From an uncultured Candidatus Saccharibacteria bacterium (GTDB taxonomy: Bacteria; Patescibacteriota; Minisyncoccia; Phycocordibacterales; SBAW01): a DNA stretch of 64,000 nucleotides. The position numbers and the translations under genes were made by a program. The notes under the pieces are model-generated. The model was given only the letters and a program-made list of their open reading frames with translations. It was not told the DNA's origin and made no database searches. Below are positions 19,001 to 27,881 of the stretch, piece after piece (position 1 is the stretch's first letter; every line of letters starts with the position of its first letter). The stretch is taken from the NCBI GenBank assembly GCA_964650645.1, contig CAZYUH010000001.1, positions 475,099 to 539,098 of the forward strand, given 5' to 3'.

Positions 19001-19216
19001 CTCAAGCGTCGCGTCGAGCCCGATGATGGGCTTGATGCCTTTCTTATCGCACTCCATGTAGAACTCTATCGCGCCGTAGAGGTTATCCATGTCGGTTAGC
19101 GCGAGCGCCTCGACGCCCTCTTCCTTGGCCTTCTTCACGAGATCGCCGATTTTGGGCAGGGCGCGCAGCAGCGAGAAGTGCGAGTGGACATGCAGCGGTA
19201 CGAAGGAGGCGGCCAT
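16079..19216 (-). CDS. dnaE: DNA polymerase III alpha subunit, with a low-complexity Ala/Ser/Thr/Pro insert
   Basis: PHP domain start (FVPLHVHSHFSLL), polymerase core motifs, OB fold near the C-terminus; insert AGKAETASPAEATGVSATLRSAREEDSVAGAPVASATPTASETSPASPDS. The antisense ORF 16052..19099 is spurious. Confidence 0.95.
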   Translation of the reverse strand: MAASFVPLHVHSHFSLLRALPKIGDLVKKAKEEGVEALALTDMDNLYGAIEFYMECDKKGIKPIIGLDATLEDHHRILLYAKDLEGYKNLMKLVTESHIEDPQGRPITAAMLDARAGGLVALERAESSLSAAHRKRWGGDFYIMPTHETYYLSPEDRRAWETMRAIENRGPADDGMTMDGEEIDYSFLNESEMRAKLGDEALKASLEIAEKCNLELTLGKFVFPHFALPEGVTADDRLRELCLAGLRPRGLEGRDDVMERLEYELGIIKFKGYAAYFLVVEDLIRFARENDIYTNIRGSVAGSMVTYLLRITKIEPLSYKIPFERFLNPERPSAPDIDMDFADDRRDEVIDYARAKYGTEHVAQIGTFGTMLARGVVRDVARALGLPYGLGDAIAKEIPMGSQGFPMTLERAMQENPELAKMHKADPQVREIIGLGQKIEGCARHVGVHAAGVVISPVPLVEFAPLQLDPKGGKIITQYDMYSVGEDGAGLTKFDFLGIRNLTILANAVNLVERTRGERIDIEAIPLDDKRTFDMLTRGETEATFQLNGSGMTRFLKELRPTTIHDINAMVALYRPGPMQFIPQYIERKHNPALIRYLDRAMEPILRQTYGILVYQDDLLIMANQLAGYSWGEVDKFRKAVGKKIPEEMAAQREKFIKGCVEHSGWPQKKAEQVWAWIEPFAAYGFNKAHSASYGRVSYQTAYMKANYPVEYMTAVLTAEAGDVEKVSVMVAECKRMGIPMLAPDVNESFGDFTVILGSAPAGKAETASPAEATGVSATLRSAREEDSVAGAPVASATPTASETSPASPDSIRFGLYSIKNFGRGVADSIINERRANGPFASLSDFLTRVTDNGLNKKGLESLIMCGALDSMGERGAMLAHIEQLLQYHRDAGAEKMHDSLFADVEGMSEIRVPPAPPATQDQRLAWEKELLGLYVSGHPLDKFKEKLDRRPLNLAQIKERSYPGTTTVVAGMIESLRVLLTKNGDQMAFIKLADFSGAVEAVVFPKSYAEYKPILRPDACIAIKGRISNRNGEFSIVTEALKAL

Positions 19217-19271
19217 GCACGGATTATACGCGCGAAGGGCCTACTTGGGCCACCCTTGCTACAATGCGCCA

Positions 19272-19877
19272 ATGCGCACTGAGTGGCTGGTCGGCGTGGA
19301 CGAGGCGGGGCGCGGGCCCCTGGCGGGGCCGGTGGCCGTGGGCGTGGCGGCGGTGCCCGCGCGCTTTGACGTACGGAAGGCGTTTCCGGGCATTAACGAT
19401 TCAAAGAAGATGAGCGAGGCCCTGCGCGAGGAGGCGTACGATGAGGCGCTCGGGCGCGCGCGGGCGGGCGACATCCGCCTGTGCGTACGCTTGGGCGGCG
19501 CTCCTTATATAGACGCGCACGGCATCGCGCGCGCCGTGCGGCGCGCGGCGTGGAGCGGGGTGCGGCAGGTCGCCGCACCCGATGAGTCTTTCGTAAGGCT
19601 CGACGGCCTCCTGAATGCTCCGCCGGAGTACCGGCAGGAAACGATAGTGAAAGGCGACGCGCTCGAGCCGGTGATATCGCTCGCCTCCGTGCTCGCAAAG
19701 GTCCGGCGCGACCGGCTCATGAAGCGGCTCGCCGCGCAGTACCCGCAGTACGGGTTCGAGCTGCACAAGGGCTACGGCACGCGCAGGCACCTCGAGGCGA
19801 TAGGGGAGTTCGGCCTGTGCGCGCTCCACCGGCGCACGTTCTGCGGCTTTCCGCGCCCGCCCGCGGGAAGTGCATAA
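19272..19877 (+). CDS. rnhB: ribonuclease HII
   Basis: Internal ATG 19272 gives MRTEWLVGVDEAGRGPLAGPV (RNase HII DEAGRG motif); divergent from dnaE with a 55-bp spacer. Confidence 0.88.
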   Translation: MRTEWLVGVDEAGRGPLAGPVAVGVAAVPARFDVRKAFPGINDSKKMSEALREEAYDEALGRARAGDIRLCVRLGGAPYIDAHGIARAVRRAAWSGVRQVAAPDESFVRLDGLLNAPPEYRQETIVKGDALEPVISLASVLAKVRRDRLMKRLAAQYPQYGFELHKGYGTRRHLEAIGEFGLCALHRRTFCGFPRPPAGSA

Positions 19878-20001
19878 GCCGATTGACTGGCCGCGGCCGC
19901 GGGCGTACTGTTTTTAGCAGTTGTTCTCGTTTTGCGTACAGCTCCGAGCCGCCGGACTGGTCCGGCATGTGCAATATCTGCAACTACGGGGAAACCGCGT
20001 G

Positions 20002-20241
20002 ATGGAAGCGGAGGAACTGGTCCGACTGCCGGCGAACGCCGGCGCGGTCCAAGTAAAAAAGAAGGCAAAGAGCCCCTGCAAGGGGTGTCAGCACAATATC
20101 AACGGCACGTATGCCGTCGATTACGACGACCATGACGTCGAGATAGGCTGCAGGGCGCGGCAGCGCCTCAGCCGGGGAAAGCTGTTCGTCCCGGTCAAGC
20201 CGACCGAGACGGCGAAAAAAGGCTGCAAGTACCGCCTGTAA
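20002..20241 (+). CDS. small Cys-containing hypothetical protein (79 aa; CKGC...C...C)
   Basis: ATG 20002; CxxC plus two further Cys; followed by hairpin terminator 20278-20325. Confidence 0.35.
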   Translation: MEAEELVRLPANAGAVQVKKKAKSPCKGCQHNINGTYAVDYDDHDVEIGCRARQRLSRGKLFVPVKPTETAKKGCKYRL

Positions 20242-20277
20242 GGCTGATTTTTAGAGTGGAGACAGGGCAAGGGTAAG

Positions 20278-20325
20278 ACCCCCCTCCGTGCCGCGTGCAC
20301 AGGAGGGGGTTTGTCTTTTTGGGGG
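20278..20325 (+). terminator. intrinsic terminator (CCCCCTCC-loop-GGAGGGGG + TTTGTCTTTTT)
   Basis: 8-bp GC stem and T-tract. Confidence 0.65.
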
Positions 20326-20346
20326 TTATTTGCTATATATAGAGCC

Positions 20347-20574
20347 ATGGTAGTCAGGATGAGACACACCCGGGCGCACACGGCTAACCGCCGTTCGCAC
20401 CATGCCCTCAAGGCCCAGAAGCTCGCGGTATGCGAGTGCGGGGCCCCGCGCGTGTCCCATCGCGCATGCCCGTCCTGCGGGCGCTACCGCGGCCGCGTCG
20501 TAGTCGACGTGGCGGCCAAAGCGGCCGCCAAGTCGGCCCGCAAGGCAAAGAGGGATAAGAGCGAGGCGCGCTAA
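20347..20574 (+). CDS. rpmF: 50S ribosomal protein L32 (zinc-binding form) with Lys/Ala-rich C-terminal tail
   Basis: [23 protein letters not shown] aligns with the L32 N-terminus (MAVPxRRTSKxRxRxRRxH); CECG...CPSCG zinc ribbon. Confidence 0.75.
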   Translation: MVVRMRHTRAHTANRRSHHALKAQKLAVCECGAPRVSHRACPSCGRYRGRVVVDVAAKAAAKSARKAKRDKSEAR

Positions 20575-20641
20575 TACGTAGGCGGTTCGCTCTTGATTCT
20601 CTGTTCGGTTCGCGCAGGTTCGCCCGATTGCTCTACACATA

Positions 20642-21562
20642 ATGGCCAACAGGCACCTCTCACGCTCAGTCGTTCTCCAGACACTCTTCGAGTGGGACTT
20701 CCGACATCTCTCGGCGGACGACTGCCTCGAATCCCTCGAGCGCATCGCGGAGGAGTCCGTGCCGCAGGGCGGCGACGCGCCGTTCATGGAGGACCTCCTG
20801 AGGGGCGTGCTCAGCCGCGCCGCGGACCTCGACATGGTCATAGGCAAGGCCGCGCCCGAGTGGCCCATTGACCGCATCGCGCCAGTTGACCGCAACGTCC
20901 TGCGCCTCGGGCTCTACGAGCTCCTGTTCGCCGACCGCGAGAAGGTTCCCGCAAAGGTCGCCATCAACGAGGCGATAGAGCTCGCCAAGAGCTTCGGCGG
21001 CGAGCATTCGGGCCGCTTCGTCAACGGGGTGCTCGGCGCCGTCTACAAGGAATTGGGCGAGCCGGGCAAGGACGAGGTGTCCAAGAAGAAGAAGGAGGTT
21101 CCGTGGGAGGAGATGCCGCAGGAGCGCCTGGTGGGCGCGGTCGTCTACGCCCGCTCGGGCAACGAGCTGTACCTCGCGCTGGTGCACGACATCTTCGGCC
21201 ACTGGACCCTCTCCAAGGGCAAGCTCACTCCCGATGAGACGCCGGAGGCCGGCGTGGTGCGCAAGATAAAGGAGGAGATAGGCTTGAATATCGAGCCCGA
21301 GCTGAGGCTGGGCGAGAACGAGTACGTCGCTTCCGACCCTGCGGCCGGCAAGAAGCGCAAGCACGTCATCTACTTCCTCGCGAAGTCGCCGTTCGCCGAG
21401 GTGGAGCTCGCTAAGAAGGGCGGCTTGGACGACGCGCGCTGGTTCAAGCTCCAGGACGCGCTCGAATTGAATTTTTACGAGGACATGCTTCCCATCGTCA
21501 TGAAGGCTGTCGAGCACCTCGGCGCCGATGCGAAAGGTAGAGCGAAGCTGAACGCTAATTAG
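20642..21562 (+). CDS. nusB: transcription antitermination factor NusB fused to a C-terminal NUDIX hydrolase domain (306 aa)
   Basis: N-terminal about 150 aa contains KVAINEAIELAKSFGGEHSGRFVNGVLGAV (NusB signature); C-terminal part has a Nudix box KGKLTPDETPEAGVVRKIKEEIGLNI and Nudix fold. Confidence 0.85.
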   Translation: MANRHLSRSVVLQTLFEWDFRHLSADDCLESLERIAEESVPQGGDAPFMEDLLRGVLSRAADLDMVIGKAAPEWPIDRIAPVDRNVLRLGLYELLFADREKVPAKVAINEAIELAKSFGGEHSGRFVNGVLGAVYKELGEPGKDEVSKKKKEVPWEEMPQERLVGAVVYARSGNELYLALVHDIFGHWTLSKGKLTPDETPEAGVVRKIKEEIGLNIEPELRLGENEYVASDPAAGKKRKHVIYFLAKSPFAEVELAKKGGLDDARWFKLQDALELNFYEDMLPIVMKAVEHLGADAKGRAKLNAN

Positions 21563-21570
21563 ACACATGT

Positions 21571-22263
21571 ATGGCAGCCGATTTCAATACGTTCCAGCAA
21601 AAGCTCGGGCTCGAGTTTAACGAGCCCGACCTCCTGCGCCAGGCCTTCACGCACCGCTCCTACCTCAACGAGCACCGCGGCGAGGTAAAGGGCCACAACG
21701 AGCGGCTGGAGTTCCTGGGCGACGCCGTTTTGGAGCTCATCGCCACGCACTTTTTGTACGAGAAGTTCCCGACGCAGACCGAGGGCGACCTCACGGCGTA
21801 CCGCGCCGCGCTCGTCAACGCGGTAACGTGCGCCGAAGTGGCGCAGGAGCTGGGCATGAACGACTGCCTCCTCTTGTCGCGCGGCGAGGCGAAAGACACC
21901 GGCCGCGCGCGCGGTATCCTCCTGGCGAACGCCTTCGAGGCGCTTGTCGGCGCTATTTACCTCGACCAGGGCTACGACGCCGCGCGCGAGTTCATCGCGG
22001 CGCACCTGTTCCCGAAAATAGACAACATCATCCAGAAGAAGCTCTGGCTCGACGCCAAGTCGTCCCTGCAGGAGAAAGTGCAGGACGTCGAGGGCGTGAC
22101 GCCGTCCTACAGCGTTTTGCGCGAGTGGGGGCCCGACCACGACAAGCACTTCGTCGTGGGCGTGCACGTGAAGGACAGGCTTTTGGCGCAGGGCGAGGGC
22201 AAGAGCAAGCAGGAGGCCGAGCAGGACGCCGCGCGCGCGGCGCTCGACGCGCGCGGGTGGTAG
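21571..22263 (+). CDS. rnc: ribonuclease III
   Basis: ERLEFLGDAVLEL catalytic signature and C-terminal dsRBD (KSKQEAEQDAARAAL). Confidence 0.92.
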   Translation: MAADFNTFQQKLGLEFNEPDLLRQAFTHRSYLNEHRGEVKGHNERLEFLGDAVLELIATHFLYEKFPTQTEGDLTAYRAALVNAVTCAEVAQELGMNDCLLLSRGEAKDTGRARGILLANAFEALVGAIYLDQGYDAAREFIAAHLFPKIDNIIQKKLWLDAKSSLQEKVQDVEGVTPSYSVLREWGPDHDKHFVVGVHVKDRLLAQGEGKSKQEAEQDAARAALDARGW

Positions 22264-22337
22264 CCGGCACGGGGCACGCGGCGCTATACTGCCCGTAGAG
22301 ACGCCCGTTCCGTATCCTTGAACCCCAGGAGGACTTA

Positions 22338-22745
22338 ATGCGCTTGCTTGCCGCGCCCGTTCTTGCTGCCGCGCTGTGCGCCGCGACTCCCGCGTGCGCG
22401 CAGACCGTCCAGCTTTTCTCCCTCGTCGACACTCTTGTCGCGCTGTACGGCGACTTCAACGGGGTGCCGGTCCGCGAGGTGGAGCGCAGGCTCTGCCGGG
22501 AGCTTCTGCTTGTTTCGCCGGAAAAGGTGCGCCCCTGCGCGGAGGAAAGCGCGCGGCGCAACGACGCGTTCGATAAGGCCGTCAAGAGCGTCGAGTCGGC
22601 GCGCAAGGAGGGCTCTCTTGACGAGCGGCGGCGTCTGCTCGAATCGGCGGCGTCATCCCTCTTGTTCGTCAAGAGCGACTTGTATCGGTGGACCAGGCTG
22701 TACTTCCGCGAGACCGCGGAAAGGCTTGGAGGGCGCGGGACGTGA
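22338..22745 (+). CDS. small secreted hypothetical protein (135 aa)
   Basis: AGGAGG RBS 7 nt upstream; signal peptide MRLLAAPVLAAALCAATPACA; terminator hairpin 22758-22795 downstream. Confidence 0.55.
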   Translation: MRLLAAPVLAAALCAATPACAQTVQLFSLVDTLVALYGDFNGVPVREVERRLCRELLLVSPEKVRPCAEESARRNDAFDKAVKSVESARKEGSLDERRRLLESAASSLLFVKSDLYRWTRLYFRETAERLGGRGT

Positions 22746-22805
22746 GTCCGCGCCAACGGGCCCGGCGGCAATCCGCCGGGCCTTTTTCTTGCTACAATAG
22801 GCGCA

Positions 22806-25010
22806 ATGCGGCTCAAATCGATAGAGCTCACGGGCTTCAAGTCTTTCGCCAGGAAGACGCCCCTTAGCTTCGAGTCGTCCATAACCGCCATCGTCGGCCC
22901 CAACGGCTCGGGCAAATCGAACGTCGCCGAGGCGTTCCGCTTCGCCCTGGGCGAGCAGTCCATGAAGAGCATGCGCGGCAGGCGCGGCGAGGACCTCATT
23001 TGGAACGGCTCGGCGCACGTGCCGCGCGGCGGGCGCGCCTCGGTCAAGCTCGTCTTCGACAACGCCGACCGCATGCTCAACCTCGATTTCGACGAGGTGT
23101 CGATAGAGCGCGTGGTGCACCGCGACGGCGGCAACGACTACCTGCTCAACAACTCCCCGGTGCGCCTGCGCGACGTCGCGGAACTCCTGGCGGGCGCCAA
23201 CATTGGCGCGTCGGGCCACCACATCATCTCCCAGGGCGAGGCGGACAGGATACTGTCGGCCGGCGCGCGCGAGCGGCGCGAGATGGTCGAGGACGCGCTC
23301 GGGCTCACCGCCTACCTGTACAAGCGCGAGGAGGCGCAGCGCAAACTGGAGAAGACCGGCGAGAACAGCGCCAAGGTCGAGGCCCTGCGCCGCGAGCTCG
23401 CGCCCCACCTGAAGTTCCTGAACGGCCAGGTGCGCAAGATAGAGGAGGCGCAGGGCCTGCGCGACGAGCTGAAAGCGCGCTACCTCGAGTACTTCAAGCG
23501 CGAGAGCGTGTACCTGAAGCTCAATGAGGCCGAGATTGCCGGGGCGCTCGACGCTCCCGAGCGCGAGCGCGCCGAGCTCGATTCGCGCGTCGAGCGCCTG
23601 CGCGCCGACCTCTCGCGCCAGCACGGCGGCGACGCCCAGACCCGGGAGCTCATGCGCCTCGAGCAGGAAGGCCGCGCGGCCGCGCATAGGCGCCAGGAAA
23701 TTCACCGCGAGCTGGGCCGCATCGAGGGCTCCATTGCCGCGCACGAGGCCATGGGGCAGGCAGAGGAGTCCATACCGGCGTCCGAGGCGCGCGCCTTCGG
23801 CGAGCGGGTGCTGGCCGAATTGGAGCTTCCGTACAACGACATGGAGGCGTTCAAGAAGCGCGTGTCGGCGCTCATCATACTCGCTGGGGAGTTCCTGCGC
23901 CGGCTTTCGCGCGCGAGCGATGCGAAGGGCGAGAGCGCCGCCGGGCTCAGGGCGAAGAAAGCCTCGCTCGAAGAGGAGCTCAAGGCGCTCGGCGCGGCCG
24001 AGGACGAGGCTGCCAGGGCGGTGGCAAGCCTGCGCCAGGCGATAGAGAGCGAGAAGGACGCCTCGCGCGACGCCGAGCGCGAGCTCTTCTCCGCCATGGC
24101 GCGCCGCAGCGAGCTTGAGGCGCGGCTTTCGGGCCTGCGCGCGCGCCGCGACGCGCTCGCGCGCGAGCGCGAGGCGCTCAGGCGTGAATTGGGGGAGGCT
24201 GCGGCGCTCGTGGGCGCCGATATCGCGGGCTACGAGACGCACGCCCTTGAAGGCTTCGATGCGGACGCCGCGCTCGAGGAGCGCTCCAAGCAGGAGGAGC
24301 GCCGCCGCAAGCTGGAGCGCATGAAGATAAAGCTGGAGGAGTCGGGGCTGGGGAACTCGTCGGACATCCTGCGCGAGCACAAGGACACGGCCGAGCGCGA
24401 CGAATTCCTGGCCCGCGAGCTCGCCGACCTCGCGCAGAGCCGTGAATCGCTCGAGGGCCTCATAGGGGAGCTTACCGCCACGCTCGAGTCGCGCTTCAGC
24501 GAAGGGGTCGAGAAGATAAACCGTGAATTCGACGCCTTCTTCAAGCTCATGTTCGGCGGCGGCGCGGCGTCCCTGCAGGTGGTGAGGGAGAGGAAACCGC
24601 GGCGCGGAGCCTCAGAAGAAGAGGGCGGCGATGACGAGGACGATGCCGCGGCAGAGCAGGGGATAGACCTCTCCGTGTCCCTGCCGCACAAGCGCGTTAA
24701 GGGCATACAGATGCTCTCGGGCGGCGAGCGCGCGCTTACGTCCATCGCCCTCATATTCGCGATGAGCCAGGTCAACCCGCCGCCGTTTTTGATACTGGAC
24801 GAGACCGAGGCGGCGCTCGACGAGGCCAATAGCCGGCGCTACGGCGACATGATAGAGACGCTCGCGAAGCGCTCCCAGCTCATCGTCATTACCCACAACC
24901 GCGAGACCATGAGCCGCGCGGGCATTTTATACGGCATCACCATGGGCTCAGACGGCGGCTCCAGGCTCTTGTCGGTCAAATTCGACGAAGCGGTGGCGGT
25001 GGCGAAGTAA
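22806..25010 (+). CDS. smc: SMC-family chromosome segregation ATPase, short form (734 aa)
   Basis: N-terminal Walker A (GPNGSGKSN), long coiled coil, C-terminal signature LSGGERALTSIAL and Walker B (LILDETEAALD); TACAAT -10 hexamer 6 nt upstream of the ATG suggests a leaderless mRNA. Confidence 0.85.
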   Translation: MRLKSIELTGFKSFARKTPLSFESSITAIVGPNGSGKSNVAEAFRFALGEQSMKSMRGRRGEDLIWNGSAHVPRGGRASVKLVFDNADRMLNLDFDEVSIERVVHRDGGNDYLLNNSPVRLRDVAELLAGANIGASGHHIISQGEADRILSAGARERREMVEDALGLTAYLYKREEAQRKLEKTGENSAKVEALRRELAPHLKFLNGQVRKIEEAQGLRDELKARYLEYFKRESVYLKLNEAEIAGALDAPERERAELDSRVERLRADLSRQHGGDAQTRELMRLEQEGRAAAHRRQEIHRELGRIEGSIAAHEAMGQAEESIPASEARAFGERVLAELELPYNDMEAFKKRVSALIILAGEFLRRLSRASDAKGESAAGLRAKKASLEEELKALGAAEDEAARAVASLRQAIESEKDASRDAERELFSAMARRSELEARLSGLRARRDALAREREALRRELGEAAALVGADIAGYETHALEGFDADAALEERSKQEERRRKLERMKIKLEESGLGNSSDILREHKDTAERDEFLARELADLAQSRESLEGLIGELTATLESRFSEGVEKINREFDAFFKLMFGGGAASLQVVRERKPRRGASEEEGGDDEDDAAAEQGIDLSVSLPHKRVKGIQMLSGGERALTSIALIFAMSQVNPPPFLILDETEAALDEANSRRYGDMIETLAKRSQLIVITHNRETMSRAGILYGITMGSDGGSRLLSVKFDEAVAVAK

Positions 25011-25058
25011 GAAAGCGGTGGTATAGTACCCTTCAGGCTCGTACAGAGGAGGTGTCCA

Positions 25059-25244
25059 ATGGCTCAGAAGGTGGCGAAAGCTGACGCAGGCGACTATAGC
25101 TTCGAGCTTCACAAGAAGGAGAACGGCGAATTCGCATGCTTCCGCAGCGACGTGTCCGATCCGATGCGGAATCTCGAGGAGGTGACGGATATACAGCAAA
25201 TCCCCCCGCAGGTCTTCTCCATCTTCAGGAACTGCATGCACTAA
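25059..25244 (+). CDS. small hypothetical protein (61 aa)
   Basis: GAGGAGG RBS 5 nt upstream; hairpin terminator 25247-25285 downstream. Confidence 0.45.
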   Translation: MAQKVAKADAGDYSFELHKKENGEFACFRSDVSDPMRNLEEVTDIQQIPPQVFSIFRNCMH

Positions 25245-25289
25245 CGCAAACGCCCCGGCATTACGCCGGGGCTTCCTTTTTGCCGCACG

Positions 25290-27284
25290 CTAGCGCACCA
25301 GCTCGAAATCCAGGGTGCGGGCCGCAAGGTCCGCGCCTATTAATTTTACCTTTACCGCGTCGCCCAGCGTGTACTTGCGCTTGTTGCGCTCGCCGACGAG
25401 CGCGTAGTCCTTCTGCGAGTAATTGTAGAAATCGTCGCCTATGGAGCGCACGCGCACCAGGCCTTCGGCCGCGGACTCCTTCTCCTCCACGTACAGGCCC
25501 CAGTCGGTGACGCCCGAGATGACGCCGTCGAAGACCTCGCCGATGCGGCCCATGAGGAACTCGACCTGCTTGTAGCGGATGGATTCGCGCTCGGCGTCGA
25601 CGGCCTTGGCTTCCTGCTCTGATGCGAGGATGCACATGCGCTCGAGGCCCTCGTAGTCGGCCGCCGATATCGGCTCGCCGCCCAGGTGCGATGCGAGTAT
25701 GCGGTGCACGAGCATGTCCGGGTAGCGGCGTATGGGCGAGGTGAAGTGCGTGTAGTACTCGAACGCGAGGCCGAAGTGCCCGATGTTGCGGGTGGTGTAG
25801 ATGGCCTTGGCCATTGAGCGCAGGGTCGCGGTGCGTATCAGGTGCTCTTCGGGCTTGCCCTTTATCTGCTCGAGCAGGCTCTGTATGTCCTTGGCGTTTA
25901 TCTTGTGCTTGGGGCGGCCGAACTCGTAGCCTATGGCGCGCACGAAGGTCTGCAGCTCTGCGATGCGGTCGGCCTTGGGCTCGTCGTGGATGCGGTAGAG
26001 GAACGCGAAGCGCTTCTGCGGCGCGCCCTCGGCGAGCTTCGAGACGTATTTCGCGACCTCGCGGTTGGCGAGCAACATGAACTCCTCGATGAGCCAGTTG
26101 GTGTCGATGCGGACCTTGCGGACGATGCGCAGCGGCTTGCCCGTCTCCTCGTCGAGCTCGAACTTGACCTCGTTGTCGCCGAAGTCTATGGCGCCGTCCT
26201 CCTGGCGCTCCGCGCGCATCTTCTTTGCCAGGGCGAAGAGCTGGTTGAGCTCCAGAAGGTACGGCCCGGCCTGGGTGTCCAGCACCTCCTGCGCCTCCTC
26301 GTAGGTAAAGCGCTTCTTGGAACGGATGACCGACTTGGTGAACGTGCGGCTCACCACGTGCGCGTCGCGGTCGAGTATGAATACGGCCGAAAAGGCCAGG
26401 CGGTCCACGTCGGCCTTGAGCGACGCGACGCCGCCGGAGATCTGGTGGGGGAGCATGGGGATGGTCGCGTCTACCAGGTAGACCGACGTGCCGCGGTTGC
26501 GCGCCTCCTTGTCTATGGCGGTGCCCGGGGCGCAATAATAGCTCGCGTCGGCGATGTGCACGCCCACCTCGAACGTGCCGTCAGGGAGCGCGCGCACGGA
26601 GAGCGCGTCGTCGAAGTCCTTCGCGTCCTTGGGGTCTATGGTCATGACGTCCAGGCCGCGGAAGTCGGCCCGCTTGGGGAGCTCAGACGCGATAATCTCG
26701 TCGTGGCGCTTCTCGTAGCTGTCGGCCTCCGCTTCTGCCTCGGGCGGGAAGCTGGTGCGGAAGCCCTTCTCCATAACGATGGCGTTCATCTCGGTGCGGT
26801 GCTCGCCCGCCTTGCCGATCACCTCGATGACCTCGCCGACGGGATCCGCGGCGCCGTCAAAGGACACGAGCCGCACGATTACCTTTGAGCCGTCCTGCGC
26901 CGGCTGCGCGAGCTTGAAGGGGCGGTAGACTTTCTGGTCTGCAGCGATGGCGGCGCCGTCCTTTACGGTGGCGACGAACTCGGTCTTGGCGCGCGAGACT
27001 ACGCGGACGACCTTGCCGGACATGCGTGCGGGCTTGGGCGCCTGGCCGCGGAACGCGCGGGGCTGTATGAGGCCGCGCAGCTCCACCTCGACCTCGTCGC
27101 CGTTGAGCGCGCCGCCCAAGTCGCGGGTGTCTATCTCTATGTCCTCCTTTTCCTTGGGAGCGCCCTTGGGCAGGGGCGCCTGGCCTTCGGGGAGCGGCCA
27201 CGGCAGGTAGCCCACGCCCTTGCGGGTGACCTGCACGATGCCGCGTACCGTCTTCTTATGGCGCTGTTCGGGGGCCTTGGTCAT
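25290..27284 (-). CDS. rnr: ribonuclease R / RNB-family 3'-5' exoribonuclease
   Basis: Cold-shock/OB N-terminus, RNB catalytic domain, C-terminal S1 domain (VGERNKRKYTLGDAVKVKLIGADLAARTLDFELV); start placed at internal ATG 27284, alternative 27326. Confidence 0.82.
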   Translation of the reverse strand: MTKAPEQRHKKTVRGIVQVTRKGVGYLPWPLPEGQAPLPKGAPKEKEDIEIDTRDLGGALNGDEVEVELRGLIQPRAFRGQAPKPARMSGKVVRVVSRAKTEFVATVKDGAAIAADQKVYRPFKLAQPAQDGSKVIVRLVSFDGAADPVGEVIEVIGKAGEHRTEMNAIVMEKGFRTSFPPEAEAEADSYEKRHDEIIASELPKRADFRGLDVMTIDPKDAKDFDDALSVRALPDGTFEVGVHIADASYYCAPGTAIDKEARNRGTSVYLVDATIPMLPHQISGGVASLKADVDRLAFSAVFILDRDAHVVSRTFTKSVIRSKKRFTYEEAQEVLDTQAGPYLLELNQLFALAKKMRAERQEDGAIDFGDNEVKFELDEETGKPLRIVRKVRIDTNWLIEEFMLLANREVAKYVSKLAEGAPQKRFAFLYRIHDEPKADRIAELQTFVRAIGYEFGRPKHKINAKDIQSLLEQIKGKPEEHLIRTATLRSMAKAIYTTRNIGHFGLAFEYYTHFTSPIRRYPDMLVHRILASHLGGEPISAADYEGLERMCILASEQEAKAVDAERESIRYKQVEFLMGRIGEVFDGVISGVTDWGLYVEEKESAAEGLVRVRSIGDDFYNYSQKDYALVGERNKRKYTLGDAVKVKLIGADLAARTLDFELVR

Positions 27285-27337
27285 GCTCGGCCGCCCTTCG
27301 TTACTCAGAGGCATTAATGGGGCCATTCTAGCGCATT

Positions 27338-27366
27338 TGTTGACCAAACGCCAGCGGCCTGCTAGA
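27338..27366 (+). promoter_or_regulatory. sigma70-type promoter TTGACC-17-TAGAGT for rpsP
   Basis: In the 139-bp divergent region between rnr and rpsP. Confidence 0.5.
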
Positions 27367-27423
27367 GTAGGGCCACGCCCGCTAGGGGCCCTTTTTCGGA
27401 AGGATAAAGAATACTTTAGATAC

Positions 27424-27843
27424 ATGCTAGCAATCCGACTCACCCGCGTAGGCAAGAAGAAGGACGCCTCTTTCCGCGTGGTCGTCATAGACTCCAAGCG
27501 CAAGGTCCAGGCCGGCAACTACCTCGAGATGGTGGGCTCTTACGACCCGCGCTCTAACAGGGCCGACCTGAAGGCGGACCGCATCAAGCATTGGCTGTCC
27601 GTGGGCGCCAAGCCGTCGGACACGGTGCACAACCTCTTCGTTTCAAACAAGATAATCGACGCCAAGAAGATCAACGTGCTTCCTAAGAAAGTCCTGCCGA
27701 AGCCCGAAGCGCCCGCCGCCGAGGCCGCTCCCGAGGCCGCCGCTGCCGCCGAGACCGCCGAAGAGAAGGCTGCAGAGGCTCCCGTTGACGAGGCTCCCGC
27801 AGCAGAGGATAACGCTGTTGTAGAGGAAAAGCCGGCAGAGTAG
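27424..27843 (+). CDS. rpsP: 30S ribosomal protein S16 with Ala/Glu/Pro-rich C-terminal extension
   Basis: MLAIRLTRVGKKKDASFRVVVIDSKRK...MVGSYDPR matches S16; real ATG at 27424. Confidence 0.9.
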   Translation: MLAIRLTRVGKKKDASFRVVVIDSKRKVQAGNYLEMVGSYDPRSNRADLKADRIKHWLSVGAKPSDTVHNLFVSNKIIDAKKINVLPKKVLPKPEAPAAEAAPEAAAAAETAEEKAAEAPVDEAPAAEDNAVVEEKPAE

Positions 27844-27881
27844 AATTAAGGAGGGTTTACTATAAAATAAAATATCCAGTT

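Noticed and set aside
16052-19099. 1015-aa + strand ORF
   Set aside because: Antisense to dnaE; Arg/Gly/Ala/Val-rich, low complexity, no motifs. A typical long spurious ORF in a high-GC genome.
22028-26535. Several 350-575-aa minus-strand ORFs (22028..23134, 22653..24380, 25261..26535)
   Set aside because: Antisense to smc and rnr; extreme Arg/Ala/Pro content; rejected as GC artefacts.
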